From Paraspadella gotoi (taxonomy: Eukaryota > Animalia > Chaetognatha): a stretch of DNA of 9,139 bases. Below, one piece after another: positions 8,631 through 9,139 of this stretch. The notes under the pieces are model-generated. The model searched no databases, was not told where the DNA came from, and saw nothing but the letters and a program-made list of their open reading frames with translations. The stretch spans positions 1-9,139 of the forward strand of contig JBJCIZ010001300.1 in assembly GCA_051294375.1 (NCBI GenBank), read 5' to 3'. The translations under genes were made by a program, and so were the position numbers. Each line of letters begins with the position of its first letter. Position 1 is the first letter of the stretch.

Positions 8631-8908
8631 AGCGGCGGTCGACGGCGGCGGCGGCAGATAACGCTATTGAATGAGGTATGAAACGAGCGGTTGAAGCGGC
8701 GGCGGCGGCGGCGGCGGCCGGCGGCGGCGGCGGCGGCAGGGCGGCGGCGGCGGCGCGGCGGCGCAAGTCGCAGTGGCGGTAAATCTGATGCCATCAGTGA
8801 AGACATTAAAATAAAGGATCCATAACCATTAAATGAAAATACGAGGTCAGCGGCGGCGGCAGGCAGCGGCAGACAGCGGCAGGCAGCCGCGGCGGCAGTT
8901 AGCGGCGC
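8631..8908. repeat. (GCG)n trinucleotide repeat cluster in three blocks, plus a 3x10-bp tandem repeat
   Basis: GCG runs at 8632-8655, 8696-8763 (about 20 units, interrupted) and 8850-8908. AGGCAGCGGC / AGACAGCGGC / AGGCAGCCGC at 8861-8890. Confidence 0.95.
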
Positions 8909-9067
8909 CAAACGCGTCGCGCTTTTGTTTCTCCCAACGATTAATCGATTGCTCTTTGTTTGGCCGACGATTAACCTTTTGTTCCTCGTTGAGAGTTAAT
9001 AGAGAGACGCCAAACGGCGAAAGATTTAAACGACGACTTTGGAGAAATTTCGTTATGCGTTTTGGGG

Positions 9068-9139
9068 GAGAGAGAGAGAGAGACCTACTACTCTGACAAC
9101 GGAAGCGACAAATTTAAAGCCTCTCTCTCTCTCTCTCTC
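9068..9139. repeat. (GA)8 at 9068-9083 and (CT)n at 9121-9139 (truncated by the window end)
   Basis: Read directly. Confidence 0.95.

Noticed and set aside
8446-8639. ACCGCCGCT (8446-8454) / AGCGGCGGT (8631-8639) as terminal inverted repeats
   Set aside because: Only 9 bp long, one arm lies inside the GCG repeat, and there is no target-site duplication.
8551-9096. Poly-Ala/Pro/Arg ORFs 8551..8766, 8588..8911 and 8833..9096
   Set aside because: They are direct translations of the GCG tracts. The phase-shifting interruptions switch the homopolymer residue, which is not expected of a conserved coding tract.
368-9139. CRISPR-like or regularly spaced array formed by CT tracts and unique spacers
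   Set aside because: The tracts are simple repeats of variable length with irregular spacing (tens of bp to about 2 kb). There is no conserved direct repeat and no cas-like ORF.

Overview
This window looks like gene-poor, eukaryote-type DNA. It is AT-rich and dominated by simple repeats: many imperfect (CT)n/polypyrimidine tracts, almost all with CT on the + strand; two long A/G-rich low-complexity blocks (about 1170-2180 and 5740-5900); a (CATT/CATTC)-rich patch; and one GC-rich (GCG)n module near the right end (8621-8908). I recognise no protein family, RNA gene, CRISPR array, intact transposon or prokaryotic operon. Most listed ORFs are translations of the microsatellites (poly-LS, poly-ER, poly-K/F, poly-A/R). 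The unique stretches between repeats give short protein-like readings broken by stops, and no single alternative genetic code rescues all of them. I cannot support a novel biological system here. The findings are modest structural leads, and the provenance of the sequence (real intergenic/intronic DNA, decayed genes, error-rich assembly or synthetic sequence) should be checked first.
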